Shown in pieces: positions 30,101 to 37,950 of a stretch of DNA of 41,776 nucleotides (position 1 is the stretch's first letter; each line of letters opens with the position of its first letter). Under the pieces are notes generated by a model. The model worked only from the letters and a program-made list of their open reading frames with translations. It did no database searches and had not been told where the DNA came from. This DNA is from a virus, in the IMG/VR virus record IMGVR_UViG_3300045988_070752, one strand, 5' to 3'. A program made the position numbers and the translations under genes.

Positions 30101-33100
30101 TTCTTTTACCAGCTGCTGTACTGCTGATTCATCCGTCAGGAACATTTCGCTTGCATTTGCCACGATTTCGTCCATGGCTTCTTCTCTGGAAATCTGGCGA
30201 CCTGCATTCTCGTAATTTGACATGTGTCTTTCAATCAAACCGTCCAATGGCATGTTTTCTTTTTGCATCAGATAGTTGATGACCTCTTTCTTGTACTCAT
30301 CATAAATTGGTGAATACTGCTGCAGGTAGTGCGTCAGTTCGTGGTTTGCCACCACACTTATCGGGCTTGTTGCGTCCGCTGCAATGTGGATCGTTCCGTT
30401 ATTGTCGTAGTAGCCGTTCGCATACCGTCCGTTTCCCGCTGAAATCGTCTCATCTACCACCACGTTTGCCCCGGACATCTTTGCATATGCTTTTAATATT
30501 GTCTGGTTTTCCTTCGTCAGGTTTCTGAAAGCGTCATTTTCTAGTACCTGCGATCCTGCTGTCTTGGTCGCACGCGCCACTTTTAAGTTTTCATACCTTT
30601 GTTCGAAATTAAGGTCTGTTTCGCCAGCTGCATACGCCGCTGCTTTTTGTTTTTCCGTAAGCATGTTTCCGTATACACTGTTCACTTTTCTCATCGGGAT
30701 CCCTACAGTCGCTGCATCGTAATATGCATTGAATCCTTTTTTGTACGCTATCAAGCTTTCTCCGTTGTACTCCATCACGAAATTTCTTGCTCCGGCATTT
30801 TTGTATCCTTCCGCCGTTTGGTAGAGTGCCTGTGTGATAGCATTGTCGAAGTTTAAGTTGCTTACCGGCTGCACGATTGTTGCATCCCCTGTGTTTACCC
30901 GTGCATATATCTTTCCGTTTTCTACCCGGTCGATTCCTTCAATATCTCCCTGTAGACCTTTGTAATTTACCCCTTCTACGCTTCGCTGTGTGCCCGTTTC
31001 CGGCTCTTTTTCTCTTTGTCGTACATTTTCCTGCACCACCTTCTTTTCTTTTGCCTGTTCGTCAATCTGTGGTTCCTGCAAATCCTCTGCCGTCAATTCT
31101 ACCGGCTTTGCTTCCTGTGCAATTTCCTCCCCGGTCTGTGCATCTTCCGTCTCATTCTGTGCAATTTCCTGCGATGGCGTGTATTTTCCGTCCGAATCCT
31201 GCAAAATCTGGTTGAACAGTTCTGCTCTCTGCCTGTCAGAAAGTTTTCCTTTCCTTTCGTAGTATTCTGCCAGATCCGCAGAATTTGTTCCGGTCATAGC
31301 CTTTCCGTCTCTGATGAGCTGTGCATCACTAAAATCTTCGTAGCTGTTTAATTCTCTTCCCAGGTATCCTCCCTCGACATAACCGCTTCCATAGGCTCCT
31401 GCTGCCATGATTCCACCAGACAGTGCCCCACCTGCAAATGAAAGTGCCATATTCTTGATTCTGTCTTTCATCGCCAGATCTTCTGCCTGTCTTCTTGAAA
31501 TGTGTTCCCCTGTCATTGCATTCGGTGTCATGTACCGTTCAACAGCCCGATTAAAATCTGAGTTTTCCTGCATGATCGCGTCGTTGGCAACGTTGTTTAC
31601 GATGTCCGAAACAACTTCTTCCAGACCTTCCGGGATTGCACCTTCTGCGATGATCTTGTGCACTGCCCTCTTTACGGAATTTACACCCTGGCTTGATAAC
31701 TTAGAGAGATTGTCGATTCCCAGCCTCTCCGTTACCATTTCCGCCGCTCCTGCAATCAACCCCAGCTGCATAGCCTGATCGTTGGTTCCTCCATTCTCGA
31801 TCACTTCTTTTACTGTCTGGGACATTGCTCCTGCGCCCATGATCGGAAGTGATGCGTTCTTCGATATCGTCGCTGTGATCTGTGCTGCCCTCTCTGCAGA
31901 TGCTCCGGCAAGAGATGCAGCTTCTCCTGCAAATCCTCCCACTAATGCTCCTGCTGCCGCCTTTGCCCCAAAATCTGCCATAGACATTCCGGTCTGGTAC
32001 AGGAATCTCTTTAAGGCTTTTACATCTTCGCTTCCCTGGAAGTTTTCCATCACAGTGTTTCTGATGGTGCTTTGAGCATTTATCGGTCTGAATGGCTTCG
32101 AATTTATATCTACCGGTGCATTGTTTCCTGTTAGGACGTTCTCTGCGTTTTGGCGCATAGTCTCCAAAGCTCCGAGGCCTGTTGCAAATCCTGCTGCCAC
32201 CGATGATTCCGATGATAGTGTCGGGTGCTCCGTTGCGTACTGTTTCATTTTCTCTGTGTAAGCTTCGTTCTGCCTCTTTGTGATATCCCTCTTTATGGTA
32301 TTTAAGTATTCTTTTGCTTTCTGTACTCCTTCTGTGGCCAGATAGTAATCAAATACATCCTTCTCTGTATCTGTCATGTCCTGGTACTGTTCGTACTCTG
32401 TCTGGTTCTTGAAAATATCAGGGTATGATTTGTCCTCGTTCTGGTATCCTGCCAGCATATCAGCATTGTATACTGTCTTTTTTTGTGCGATCTGGCTTCC
32501 TTTTTTTGCCGCTGTTTCAAATCCCTTTTCATCCAGAACCTTTTCCAGCTCTTTCCGCTTTTCTCCCATCTTCTGATCGTATTTGTCTCGGTCGATTTGC
32601 CCCTGGGCATTTTCCAGCATCTGGTAGGCATCTGTCTGTGATACCTTCTTTCCGGTTGCGTTTGAAAAGCTTTTGGAAAGGTCGGAAAGCGTCTTTGAAT
32701 CCCCGGTGATCTGTTCTGTCATGATGGTTCTTTTTAATTTTTCAAGCGCTTGTCTTCTGGTGCTTGCGTCCATCTGGGAATCATCTGTCAGAAGCCTTTT
32801 GTAATACTGTGTGTCTTTTTCAAGTGCATCCTTTTCGGCAGTGCTTTTTTTCATTCGATCCAAAGCTACGGCTCTTTCCAGTCTCTCTGAACCGATCCTG
32901 TCTCCCTTGACGCCCATTGACCTTTGTATTCTTTCATCCAGCGCCTGTCCTACGCTTCCTATCCTCTTTACTTCTTCCGCATTATCTGTTCCTACGATCC
33001 TCTTGTATTTATTCAGCGCTTCCTGTCTTATTCTTCTTTCTTCTGCTGACTTCCTCAGAGCATCCAGTCTGCTTGTGTTGCTTCCTATGGGTTTTCCTTT

Positions 33101-33250
33101 GATGGTTTCCAGCTTTCTTCTTGCCACTTTCATCGGATCTTCATCTTCCGAATATGAAGTACGGGAAGAGTATTCTTCCTCTTCCTCTTCCCGTTTTTTC
33201 CTTATATCCATCAGTTTTTCCCTTGCTTTTATCTGTGCCTGCGATGCCAT
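24137..33250 (-). CDS. Giant (3,037 aa) multidomain virion-associated protein with an HExxH zincin-like motif
   Basis: Single uninterrupted ORF, 21.9% of the genome. Charged coiled-coil N-terminus. Gly/Ala-rich hydrophobic segments at about aa 440-640. VANHELTHYLQ at aa ~968-977 (30329..30343 encodes HELTH). K/E-rich C-terminus. Lies between the tail genes and the lysis cassette. Confidence 0.7.
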   Translation of the reverse strand: MASQAQIKAREKLMDIRKKREEEEEEYSSRTSYSEDEDPMKVARRKLETIKGKPIGSNTSRLDALRKSAEERRIRQEALNKYKRIVGTDNAEEVKRIGSVGQALDERIQRSMGVKGDRIGSERLERAVALDRMKKSTAEKDALEKDTQYYKRLLTDDSQMDASTRRQALEKLKRTIMTEQITGDSKTLSDLSKSFSNATGKKVSQTDAYQMLENAQGQIDRDKYDQKMGEKRKELEKVLDEKGFETAAKKGSQIAQKKTVYNADMLAGYQNEDKSYPDIFKNQTEYEQYQDMTDTEKDVFDYYLATEGVQKAKEYLNTIKRDITKRQNEAYTEKMKQYATEHPTLSSESSVAAGFATGLGALETMRQNAENVLTGNNAPVDINSKPFRPINAQSTIRNTVMENFQGSEDVKALKRFLYQTGMSMADFGAKAAAGALVGGFAGEAASLAGASAERAAQITATISKNASLPIMGAGAMSQTVKEVIENGGTNDQAMQLGLIAGAAEMVTERLGIDNLSKLSSQGVNSVKRAVHKIIAEGAIPEGLEEVVSDIVNNVANDAIMQENSDFNRAVERYMTPNAMTGEHISRRQAEDLAMKDRIKNMALSFAGGALSGGIMAAGAYGSGYVEGGYLGRELNSYEDFSDAQLIRDGKAMTGTNSADLAEYYERKGKLSDRQRAELFNQILQDSDGKYTPSQEIAQNETEDAQTGEEIAQEAKPVELTAEDLQEPQIDEQAKEKKVVQENVRQREKEPETGTQRSVEGVNYKGLQGDIEGIDRVENGKIYARVNTGDATIVQPVSNLNFDNAITQALYQTAEGYKNAGARNFVMEYNGESLIAYKKGFNAYYDAATVGIPMRKVNSVYGNMLTEKQKAAAYAAGETDLNFEQRYENLKVARATKTAGSQVLENDAFRNLTKENQTILKAYAKMSGANVVVDETISAGNGRYANGYYDNNGTIHIAADATSPISVVANHELTHYLQQYSPIYDEYKKEVINYLMQKENMPLDGLIERHMSNYENAGRQISREEAMDEIVANASEMFLTDESAVQQLVKENKSIGEKILDFFKEFISNLKEMLTGYEPKSKEAQMLNESLEAAQKAEKIWLEAMQDARRAGQKTPANSVTGGEIKKSFSLKEDVEETKDLIAVHNITEDKLNKQLELEGFPMISIAVTKTDIGHSDFGDISVVFTKDTIDPVNKKNKVYSADAWTPTFPRIEYEANYEAARKAQDRINGIADKMNPEIGRKVKSFAAGLEYNLDDYGGYEGTVQKALRDNNMKAAYLTDKGESVDVEYKETRTEMKEVDREISQKLIDVFGNDIDNIAKEKKSEMVSKYGDQIRKALMDYYLEQGIGEETAKSVVDATTGFEIASQVRKARNFKENGGIEVKREEDWTGTNKKTDDRINKSDYEKWVRDIFSGIEEKSGLWNGKDPFTRSGNRRSFDSTHYAYNAENIVKAMIAQSDDVKNTIGFLGIKTVRAAAADEFKSIDDIKRSRSRLQSTDAEGYRKELNALESRLASTMEEVAGKEKDLFNHADAMNRIGETILDASKNPTQGNVKKVFEKNGWEITDAQAKEFSNIIKGVKEMPVDMFEAKPQRVIGYDEVAYWVVPDSTSETTRRNIEKVSGNAQILEYEKGNENQRKEILNSLKDVKFSMQEDGKEDLRYQMEDTSEVDYDTLKAENKDLKELNSILGGMIKATKGIEPDQEAIKKVGKKILKDYNSDYNLDTFTRNMTGIWKYISGSKNIDAEQVAIATADMAKGILEHAKVNVNERYAEQYKDLAKEVRQIKLEVPEEMRGDFDREGGYAEFRKRNFGTLKLGKEGQSIDSFYQSLAERYPELFDETIYTNPADQLMHIAEVMESIKPKYENAFGMDLDEAAADLAHEIYQSYFDIAAGKGSIDSIRKNVIEKERLKYQKYREKMRDDYKKYREEYRGNFAQRRKENFEKKAYSKNIEQTANRLSRWLLNPTNTNSVPESLRGPVAEFLNSINLSSKDVNVYGNPTQRTLKWQALSRAYENIIKAQDKSEYTGQFIDLDPDLVNMLNDLTEKNKEVMLADMTVQDMKELNRLITAVKKSIESTNTLLATENYKRVSDLGEKFLEENEKKESAKESVYRTVNTARNFMKLDMLDSRTYFNSMGKAGMDIYGALRNGLDKKTRNIKIAHDYIKNLMGETDISEWSGDKAKLHEFETEGRKELKLTTAQVMSLYRLLQRDQAKKHILEGGIRPEKTITKAGKLKKEVTRYYEPIRVTEKDLLNIIDTLTPEQKRIADGITDFFTSTTSAWGNEVSMQLYGYRKFMARNYFPIVSDNSFTNSASGDQQGSVQTLKNMGSTKATVPHAGNPIILQDIFDVYARQSDQMASYNAFVVPLTDLQKWYNYRGDPTITKYKKSVKQTITRTMGQNGRAYLDTLVRRINGVAEKETAKQIWSSLTSNMKSAAIGANLRVVLQQPTAIVRAATVIDAKYLMKGMAKKADGDQMKKYAPIAQWKDWGYFEMDTGRQMKDVILGKESLKDKAMAPAGMADDFTWGKIWNAVLYETKDKTDLKPGSEEFYQAAGKRFSEIIDRTQVVDSILHRSSVMIQKDNATKMATSFMSEPIKTYNMVYDTLMNTPGGKKEVAKSMAKLLVILTIQNAVNALAQTLADVWRDDDDETAWVDVDTWKDNFKDNMNPLTYIPYLKEIPSIWKGYSAERTEMTGITDSVQGLQKWIKYFQGESKYTAAGLVRESMKPISELSGMPINSTLREFESLADLIAWNYRKITGNETAKAEYEIKKTFYRAGNPKNTNMFIGLYGRAREEGDYKTAAAIYNDLQKAGNTKEKLDSAYKKWKKKRDEGLLEADEGLQKEITEAYKNNDMETFKSASEELKSKGIDINTALDQIEDEEKQEEEYEVSEVTPEDLQKEDNTAELYTLLYMATQNNDTQAQNTYKKQLKEAGEKEEDFQKNLLKEQNAKAKATGGTEYSYDALFNALVSTEGKNGKKYKEIEQGLKKYGKEDSAIKTSMKSRLKTAYLNSRGNDRLTKKYSDLLRDFGVDTQTIRGWLE

Positions 33251-33263
33251 ATGTTACCTCCTA

Positions 33264-34481
33264 TTATTTTTTGGTTTTTGCGTACCCCGGTGTGTATCCC
33301 CCTATGATTTCGTTGTACAATCTTGTGTACATCGAATCTGTTACTTGCCCGTTGTCGTGCAATTTATTCACATAGCTCAGTTGGGCTGATGTCCCTGTTC
33401 CTTTCTTTTTTGCCCCTGAAATTGCCTCGTTGTATGTCACCGGATCCTTTTTCTTTGATGAACTTCCAGATGATCCGCTTCCTGATGCCGCAAGCTTTTT
33501 CAATGCCAGCTGATATTCTCTGTCCGCCTGTGCTACTTCAAAATCATAGTTCCTGTCTGTGTTGTACTGGCTGAGATCTGACTGGTACTTGTCCCAATCC
33601 TCCCCGTACAGCTGCTGATACAGTGCTCTTGCCGCTTCCAGGTCATTGTAATAATCACTTACTGTATCCCTGTACTGCCCGTATTCGTTGTCGTACTGTG
33701 TATTTACCTTGTCTGTCAGGTAATTTCTGTCTGTGTACCAGTCGTTTACTGTATCTCGGTATCTTCCGTAATCCGTGTCATCCGCCGTCCGGAGTGCCGA
33801 CATTTTGTTGTTTAGATTGTTCATTTCGCTGTTGTACTGCTGCAAGGCCATGTTGTAGTAGTCCGTTGCCCGGTCTGCCCACTGCTGCATGTAGTCATCA
33901 TACGCCTGTTGCCCCGCTGTTGTCGCGTAGGAAGAGCCATACCCTCCCGTCATGGCTGCTGCGCTTCCCATGGTATCCCTCATGGCTTTGTTTCCTTTTA
34001 CCCTGTATTGGTCTGCCATGGACTGGTAGAGCTGGTCTTTGTTTGGATCCCAGTTAAAGTCCCCTTTGCCTAAGATCTGCCCCAGAATATCATCTATTTG
34101 CGTTTTGTATGCACTCTGATAATCTCCCGGTTTCTTTGTTTCAAAATCTTCTAACTGCTTCCTTAAATCTCCCAATGTTTGGGATTCCTGGTATGCATTT
34201 GGTTTGTTGTTCTGTGCTGTCTGATATTTCTCATAAGCTTCATTTGTTCGGTCTGACGGCGCGTATGCCGGTTTTCCTCCTGATGATGAGGAAGAATATG
34301 ATACGCTGCTTGATGATGTACTTGTCGCCCCGCCACCCCCTGGAATTGTCAGCGTTGCCCCTGCGCTTATTTTGTTCGGGTTGCTGATTCCGTTGGCAGA
34401 GGCAATATCTCCCACCGATACGCCGTACTGCTTCGCAATTCCTGAAAGTGTATCTCCTTTCTTGATCTGATATGTTGCCAT
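33264..34481 (-). CDS. LysM-domain structural protein (405 aa from the ATG at 34481)
   Basis: YQIKKGDTLSGIAKQYGVSVGDIASANGISNPNKISAGATLTIP is a LysM domain. Then a Ser-rich linker and a Tyr/Asp/Asn-rich region with repeated Y(G)xYRDTVxDWYxD(R)NY. RBS AAGGAGGG. Confidence 0.75.
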   Translation of the reverse strand: MATYQIKKGDTLSGIAKQYGVSVGDIASANGISNPNKISAGATLTIPGGGGATSTSSSSVSYSSSSSGGKPAYAPSDRTNEAYEKYQTAQNNKPNAYQESQTLGDLRKQLEDFETKKPGDYQSAYKTQIDDILGQILGKGDFNWDPNKDQLYQSMADQYRVKGNKAMRDTMGSAAAMTGGYGSSYATTAGQQAYDDYMQQWADRATDYYNMALQQYNSEMNNLNNKMSALRTADDTDYGRYRDTVNDWYTDRNYLTDKVNTQYDNEYGQYRDTVSDYYNDLEAARALYQQLYGEDWDKYQSDLSQYNTDRNYDFEVAQADREYQLALKKLAASGSGSSGSSSKKKDPVTYNEAISGAKKKGTGTSAQLSYVNKLHDNGQVTDSMYTRLYNEIIGGYTPGYAKTKK

Positions 34482-34492
34482 GCTGTCCCTCC

Positions 34493-35470
34493 TTAATTTT
34501 GCTCCAAACCGTCGTAATAAACAATTCCGTGCACAACCACATTTCCCCATACTTCAACATCTGGGTAGACTGCTGCGCTTGGATCTTTTGTTATTGTTAT
34601 ATTCCCATGTATTTCCGGTATTATTTGCACCCCCGTTGTGTTTTTGTATCCCACGAGCAGTGTTCCTCCTGCGGCGTTCGACGCCACGTTTCCGTTTCCG
34701 TAGTCCTGTATCAGCATGTTGTCCCCGTACCTTGTCGCCAGTCCTGACCCAGAACCTACAAATATGCCCCCTCTGAAATCTCCGTATCCTTTCGTATATG
34801 CGTTTTTCCCGTACAATGCATCTATTGTCCCATCATCCTTCGAAAAGGCGAATCCGTCCGTGCTCATGCTTGCTACAATGTCGTCGAAATGTACCGCAAT
34901 GTCTCCGGGCTTAATGCCTGTCATTAACGTGTGCACTCCATCTTTGTAGTTCAGCCCCAGGACATCATATAGTTTTGTATTTGTGTTGATGTTCAAACGG
35001 AAGTTTTTTCCCGCTGTCAGTTCTCCGTCCAGATTTATTTTCTGCGCCTGTATTAAGACCTGTTCTGCTGACTGGTTTATGGCGGATATGATCCCGTCCT
35101 TTGACACCTTTGATGCGATCCCCTCTGCAGTTACCTCCAGGGCCGCGCTTAGTTTTCCTTCCGCCGCTGATGCCCGCTCCGCTTCCAGCCTTATCTTTTC
35201 TTCTGTCTGCTCGATGAGTGTTCTGTATTCCGTTCCGTCCTTTCCTAGCTTCTTTACTTCTGATTTCAACCCGTTGTAGGATGCAAGCGCTGCTTTGTCA
35301 AAATTCTCTTCCGGATCCAGATTGTACATTGCAAACCTTATGTTTCTGTCGATCAGCTGTAGCTGCTGCATTATCATGCTTATCTTTTTTTCGTTCAGCA
35401 GGTCGTCTGATTTTATATCCGGTATGTCAATGCCGCCCCATGTTGACACATGCATCACTTCCCATCTCAA
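34493..35470 (-). CDS. Tail fibre/spike-like protein
   Basis: Coiled-coil EQTEEKIRLEAERASAAEGKL...SAINQSAEQVLIQAQKINLDG (a motif common in Firmicute phage tail fibres) and a Gly-rich beta C-terminal region. Confidence 0.55.
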   Translation of the reverse strand: MRWEVMHVSTWGGIDIPDIKSDDLLNEKKISMIMQQLQLIDRNIRFAMYNLDPEENFDKAALASYNGLKSEVKKLGKDGTEYRTLIEQTEEKIRLEAERASAAEGKLSAALEVTAEGIASKVSKDGIISAINQSAEQVLIQAQKINLDGELTAGKNFRLNINTNTKLYDVLGLNYKDGVHTLMTGIKPGDIAVHFDDIVASMSTDGFAFSKDDGTIDALYGKNAYTKGYGDFRGGIFVGSGSGLATRYGDNMLIQDYGNGNVASNAAGGTLLVGYKNTTGVQIIPEIHGNITITKDPSAAVYPDVEVWGNVVVHGIVYYDGLEQN

Positions 35471-37016
35471 ATTGCTTGTCTATGCCGTAGATCCAGCTTT
35501 TTCCTCGCCCTGACAGCTTTATTCTCAGCCTGTCGCATCTGCGCGGCATAACCGGAATGTCGTAGGCTCTGTGCTTCCTAGCTGTTATCGTTGTTACCCT
35601 GGTCCATGTTTTTTCATTGTCGTATTGTACCCAGACTTCCAGCGTTGCCCTCTCTTCCAACGTTGCCCTTATATTAATCTTGCAGAGATATTTTCTGTTG
35701 TACGCCATCATGATCTCTCCTGAGATCGCTTCCCACTGGATGTTCTCATCGTCCTCTCCTGTGATGGTTTTTAAATACCCTTCTTCATCTATGTAGTATA
35801 GATTGTTTCCCAGTGTCGTCATGAAGAGCGCCTGTGTTTCATCTTCCTTTGTCCACATTCCTTTGCTTTCATCGTAGCAGAACAGATAATATTTTTCTCC
35901 CTGTTTCATGGAACAGTAGTATTTGTTTCCCAGATACCCCGCCACAGCATCTTTGTACTGTACCGTTCCCATATCTGAGGCTATGGACGTTGCTGATGTT
36001 CCCTGGTATGCTACGATTCCGGTTCTCGCTTTGTAATATAGCGTCTCGTTTACAATCACCGGTGAAAGCTCCGAGCCTTTCTCTATTCCTCTTCCCTTGG
36101 ATCCCTGTACCTGGTAATTGGCCGGTTTGTTTCCCATGACCGTGTGGATGGTGTCTTCCTTGAAAAACAGGACGTACCCCATGTAGGTTGCCGCTCCCGT
36201 GAAGTCCCCATCTGATCCGATCGTTACCGCGTAGGAATCTGTTGACAGGTTTTCAAATGCGTTCCAGTTTGTCGGGTCCCCGATTTTGCATGCATATAAT
36301 TCATGATTCTTTGAAGAGCATCCCCATAACCGGTTTTCTGATTCCGTGAAAAATTCCATGTCCGGCACTTTTCTTTCCAGGGTGATCGTCATCTGCTCTT
36401 CTATCGTCTTTTCTACGGATCCAATCACCAGTACGGAATCATCCGCCACTTCCCATAACACTTTCGTTGCATTCAGATCTTCCTGTGAGATTCCGGATAT
36501 GGATACACCGTCGTACTGTTTAAACCCTTTTCCTATTCCTGTTGCTGTGATCCTCACATACGATGTGTAGTCCGTTGTTGTTTGCTGGGAATCCGAGATA
36601 TTGGCCTTTTCAATCTTTACCGTCCCTGTAAATTCCGTTTTGTTTTCCAGGTTTGTAACAGTGCCATCAAACGTGTTGTACATGATCTTGTCCGGCCACA
36701 CCAGGATATAGGCTCCCATGGATGCAAACTGCTTTTTGCTGTCCGTCACCTGTGCGATCAGTTCGTCTCCGTAATAAAGATTTGTCCCATCTGCATATAC
36801 GATTTTGTTCTTCGCAAATAATCCGTTTGGTTTATTTAGTTTTTTTATTGTTCCGCGCGGCTGGCGCTGTGTCAGTACCGGATATTCATCCAGCGTCAGG
36901 TTTCTCATGTCATAAAACTGGTTGTCGTCAATTACCAGGTTGTGGTTATATCCCCTGAAATCAGATACCGACTGCACCGTCCTTGAAGATGCCGTAAGGC
37001 TTGGCAGTGTCTCCAT
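35427..37016 (-). CDS. Large structural (tail) protein, 529 aa
   Basis: Position within the tail module. Beta-rich sequence with repeated Y/G/T motifs. No family recognised. Confidence 0.45.
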   Translation of the reverse strand: METLPSLTASSRTVQSVSDFRGYNHNLVIDDNQFYDMRNLTLDEYPVLTQRQPRGTIKKLNKPNGLFAKNKIVYADGTNLYYGDELIAQVTDSKKQFASMGAYILVWPDKIMYNTFDGTVTNLENKTEFTGTVKIEKANISDSQQTTTDYTSYVRITATGIGKGFKQYDGVSISGISQEDLNATKVLWEVADDSVLVIGSVEKTIEEQMTITLERKVPDMEFFTESENRLWGCSSKNHELYACKIGDPTNWNAFENLSTDSYAVTIGSDGDFTGAATYMGYVLFFKEDTIHTVMGNKPANYQVQGSKGRGIEKGSELSPVIVNETLYYKARTGIVAYQGTSATSIASDMGTVQYKDAVAGYLGNKYYCSMKQGEKYYLFCYDESKGMWTKEDETQALFMTTLGNNLYYIDEEGYLKTITGEDDENIQWEAISGEIMMAYNRKYLCKINIRATLEERATLEVWVQYDNEKTWTRVTTITARKHRAYDIPVMPRRCDRLRIKLSGRGKSWIYGIDKQFEMGSDACVNMGRH

Positions 37017-37025
37017 ATATCCTCC

Positions 37026-37403
37026 TTAATGCAAAAATACCGGCGGGCGCTTTGTCTGCTTCGGCATGTGTTCCCTCCGGTATTTTGCCGCAAAGCTACT
37101 GTATGATGCATTGTACATGCTCATGTTATTGTTGTAGGAATCCAGTTCCTTGTTCCAATAGTCGATTTTTGCTGCAAGATAGTAAATATAGATCTCCGAA
37201 TAAGGATCCGGTATCATCAACTCTTTTTCTTCGTCGTCTTCGTAGGAATATTTCACCGGCGGAAAGTCGTTTCCTTCCGCCCGATTAAATACGCTCTCGA
37301 TGGCATAGTTTTCCAGTTCCGACAGCCACTCTGACATGTTTTCTTCGCTGTATACGTTTGCTTTCAGTTGATTTGTCTTTTCTATTGCATCCTTAACTTT
37401 CAT
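37026..37403 (-). CDS. Structural protein, possible head-tail adaptor (125 aa)
   Basis: The call rests on position and size only. Acidic protein with a Tyr/Asn-rich C-terminus. Confidence 0.35.
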   Translation of the reverse strand: MKVKDAIEKTNQLKANVYSEENMSEWLSELENYAIESVFNRAEGNDFPPVKYSYEDDEEKELMIPDPYSEIYIYYLAAKIDYWNKELDSYNNNMSMYNASYSSFAAKYRREHMPKQTKRPPVFLH

Positions 37404-37496
37404 CGTATTCCTTCTTTTCGCTTTCCTCTATTTTTTTCTCTGCCGAAACATTGCCCGTCTTTGCATTGCGCTTATATGTTGCTTGCAAGTTTCTTT

Positions 37497-37937
37497 TTAT
37501 TGACTTTCTGCTGCCTTGTGCCTCCACATGCAATAATGTGGTTTTTCCCTTCCCCAAATTCCGAATTTTAAATAATCGTCCGTGAATATCCCAGCCAGTG
37601 ATACCGGAATCCATAACACCGTATACTGCGGGCATATCTGTCCCAGGACGTTCCCCGGCATCTCGCTGTAGTCCCACACATTCCATCCCAGTGCCAGATT
37701 GACAATGCAGCCGGTCACAAATTCCAATGATGTGATAATCCCAGTCCCGATTAATGTCTGCTGCCAGAGTGGCATGCACCATGGTATCAGCTCATTGATC
37801 AAACCGATCAATACAAAGCACAGGCCTCCCAGAAAGAACATCGTCCAGTGCGTTCTCCCTCTCCAAATCATTTCCAATGCTATGTATATTGCTCCGCCTA
37901 TCCACGACAATATCAGCTCTTCTACATACCATCTCAT
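37497..37937 (-). CDS. Polytopic membrane protein (146 aa, ~4 TM), DUF1113/'putative ABC-transporter type IV'-like
   Basis: MRWYVEELILSWIGGAIYIALEMIWRGRTHWTMFFLGGLCFVLIGLI...ITSLEFVTGCIVNLALGWNVWDYS. RBS AAGGGAGAG before the ATG at 37937. Family assignment is from memory. Confidence 0.5.
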   Translation of the reverse strand: MRWYVEELILSWIGGAIYIALEMIWRGRTHWTMFFLGGLCFVLIGLINELIPWCMPLWQQTLIGTGIITSLEFVTGCIVNLALGWNVWDYSEMPGNVLGQICPQYTVLWIPVSLAGIFTDDYLKFGIWGREKPHYCMWRHKAAESQ

Positions 37938-37950
37938 TTCGTTCTCTCCC

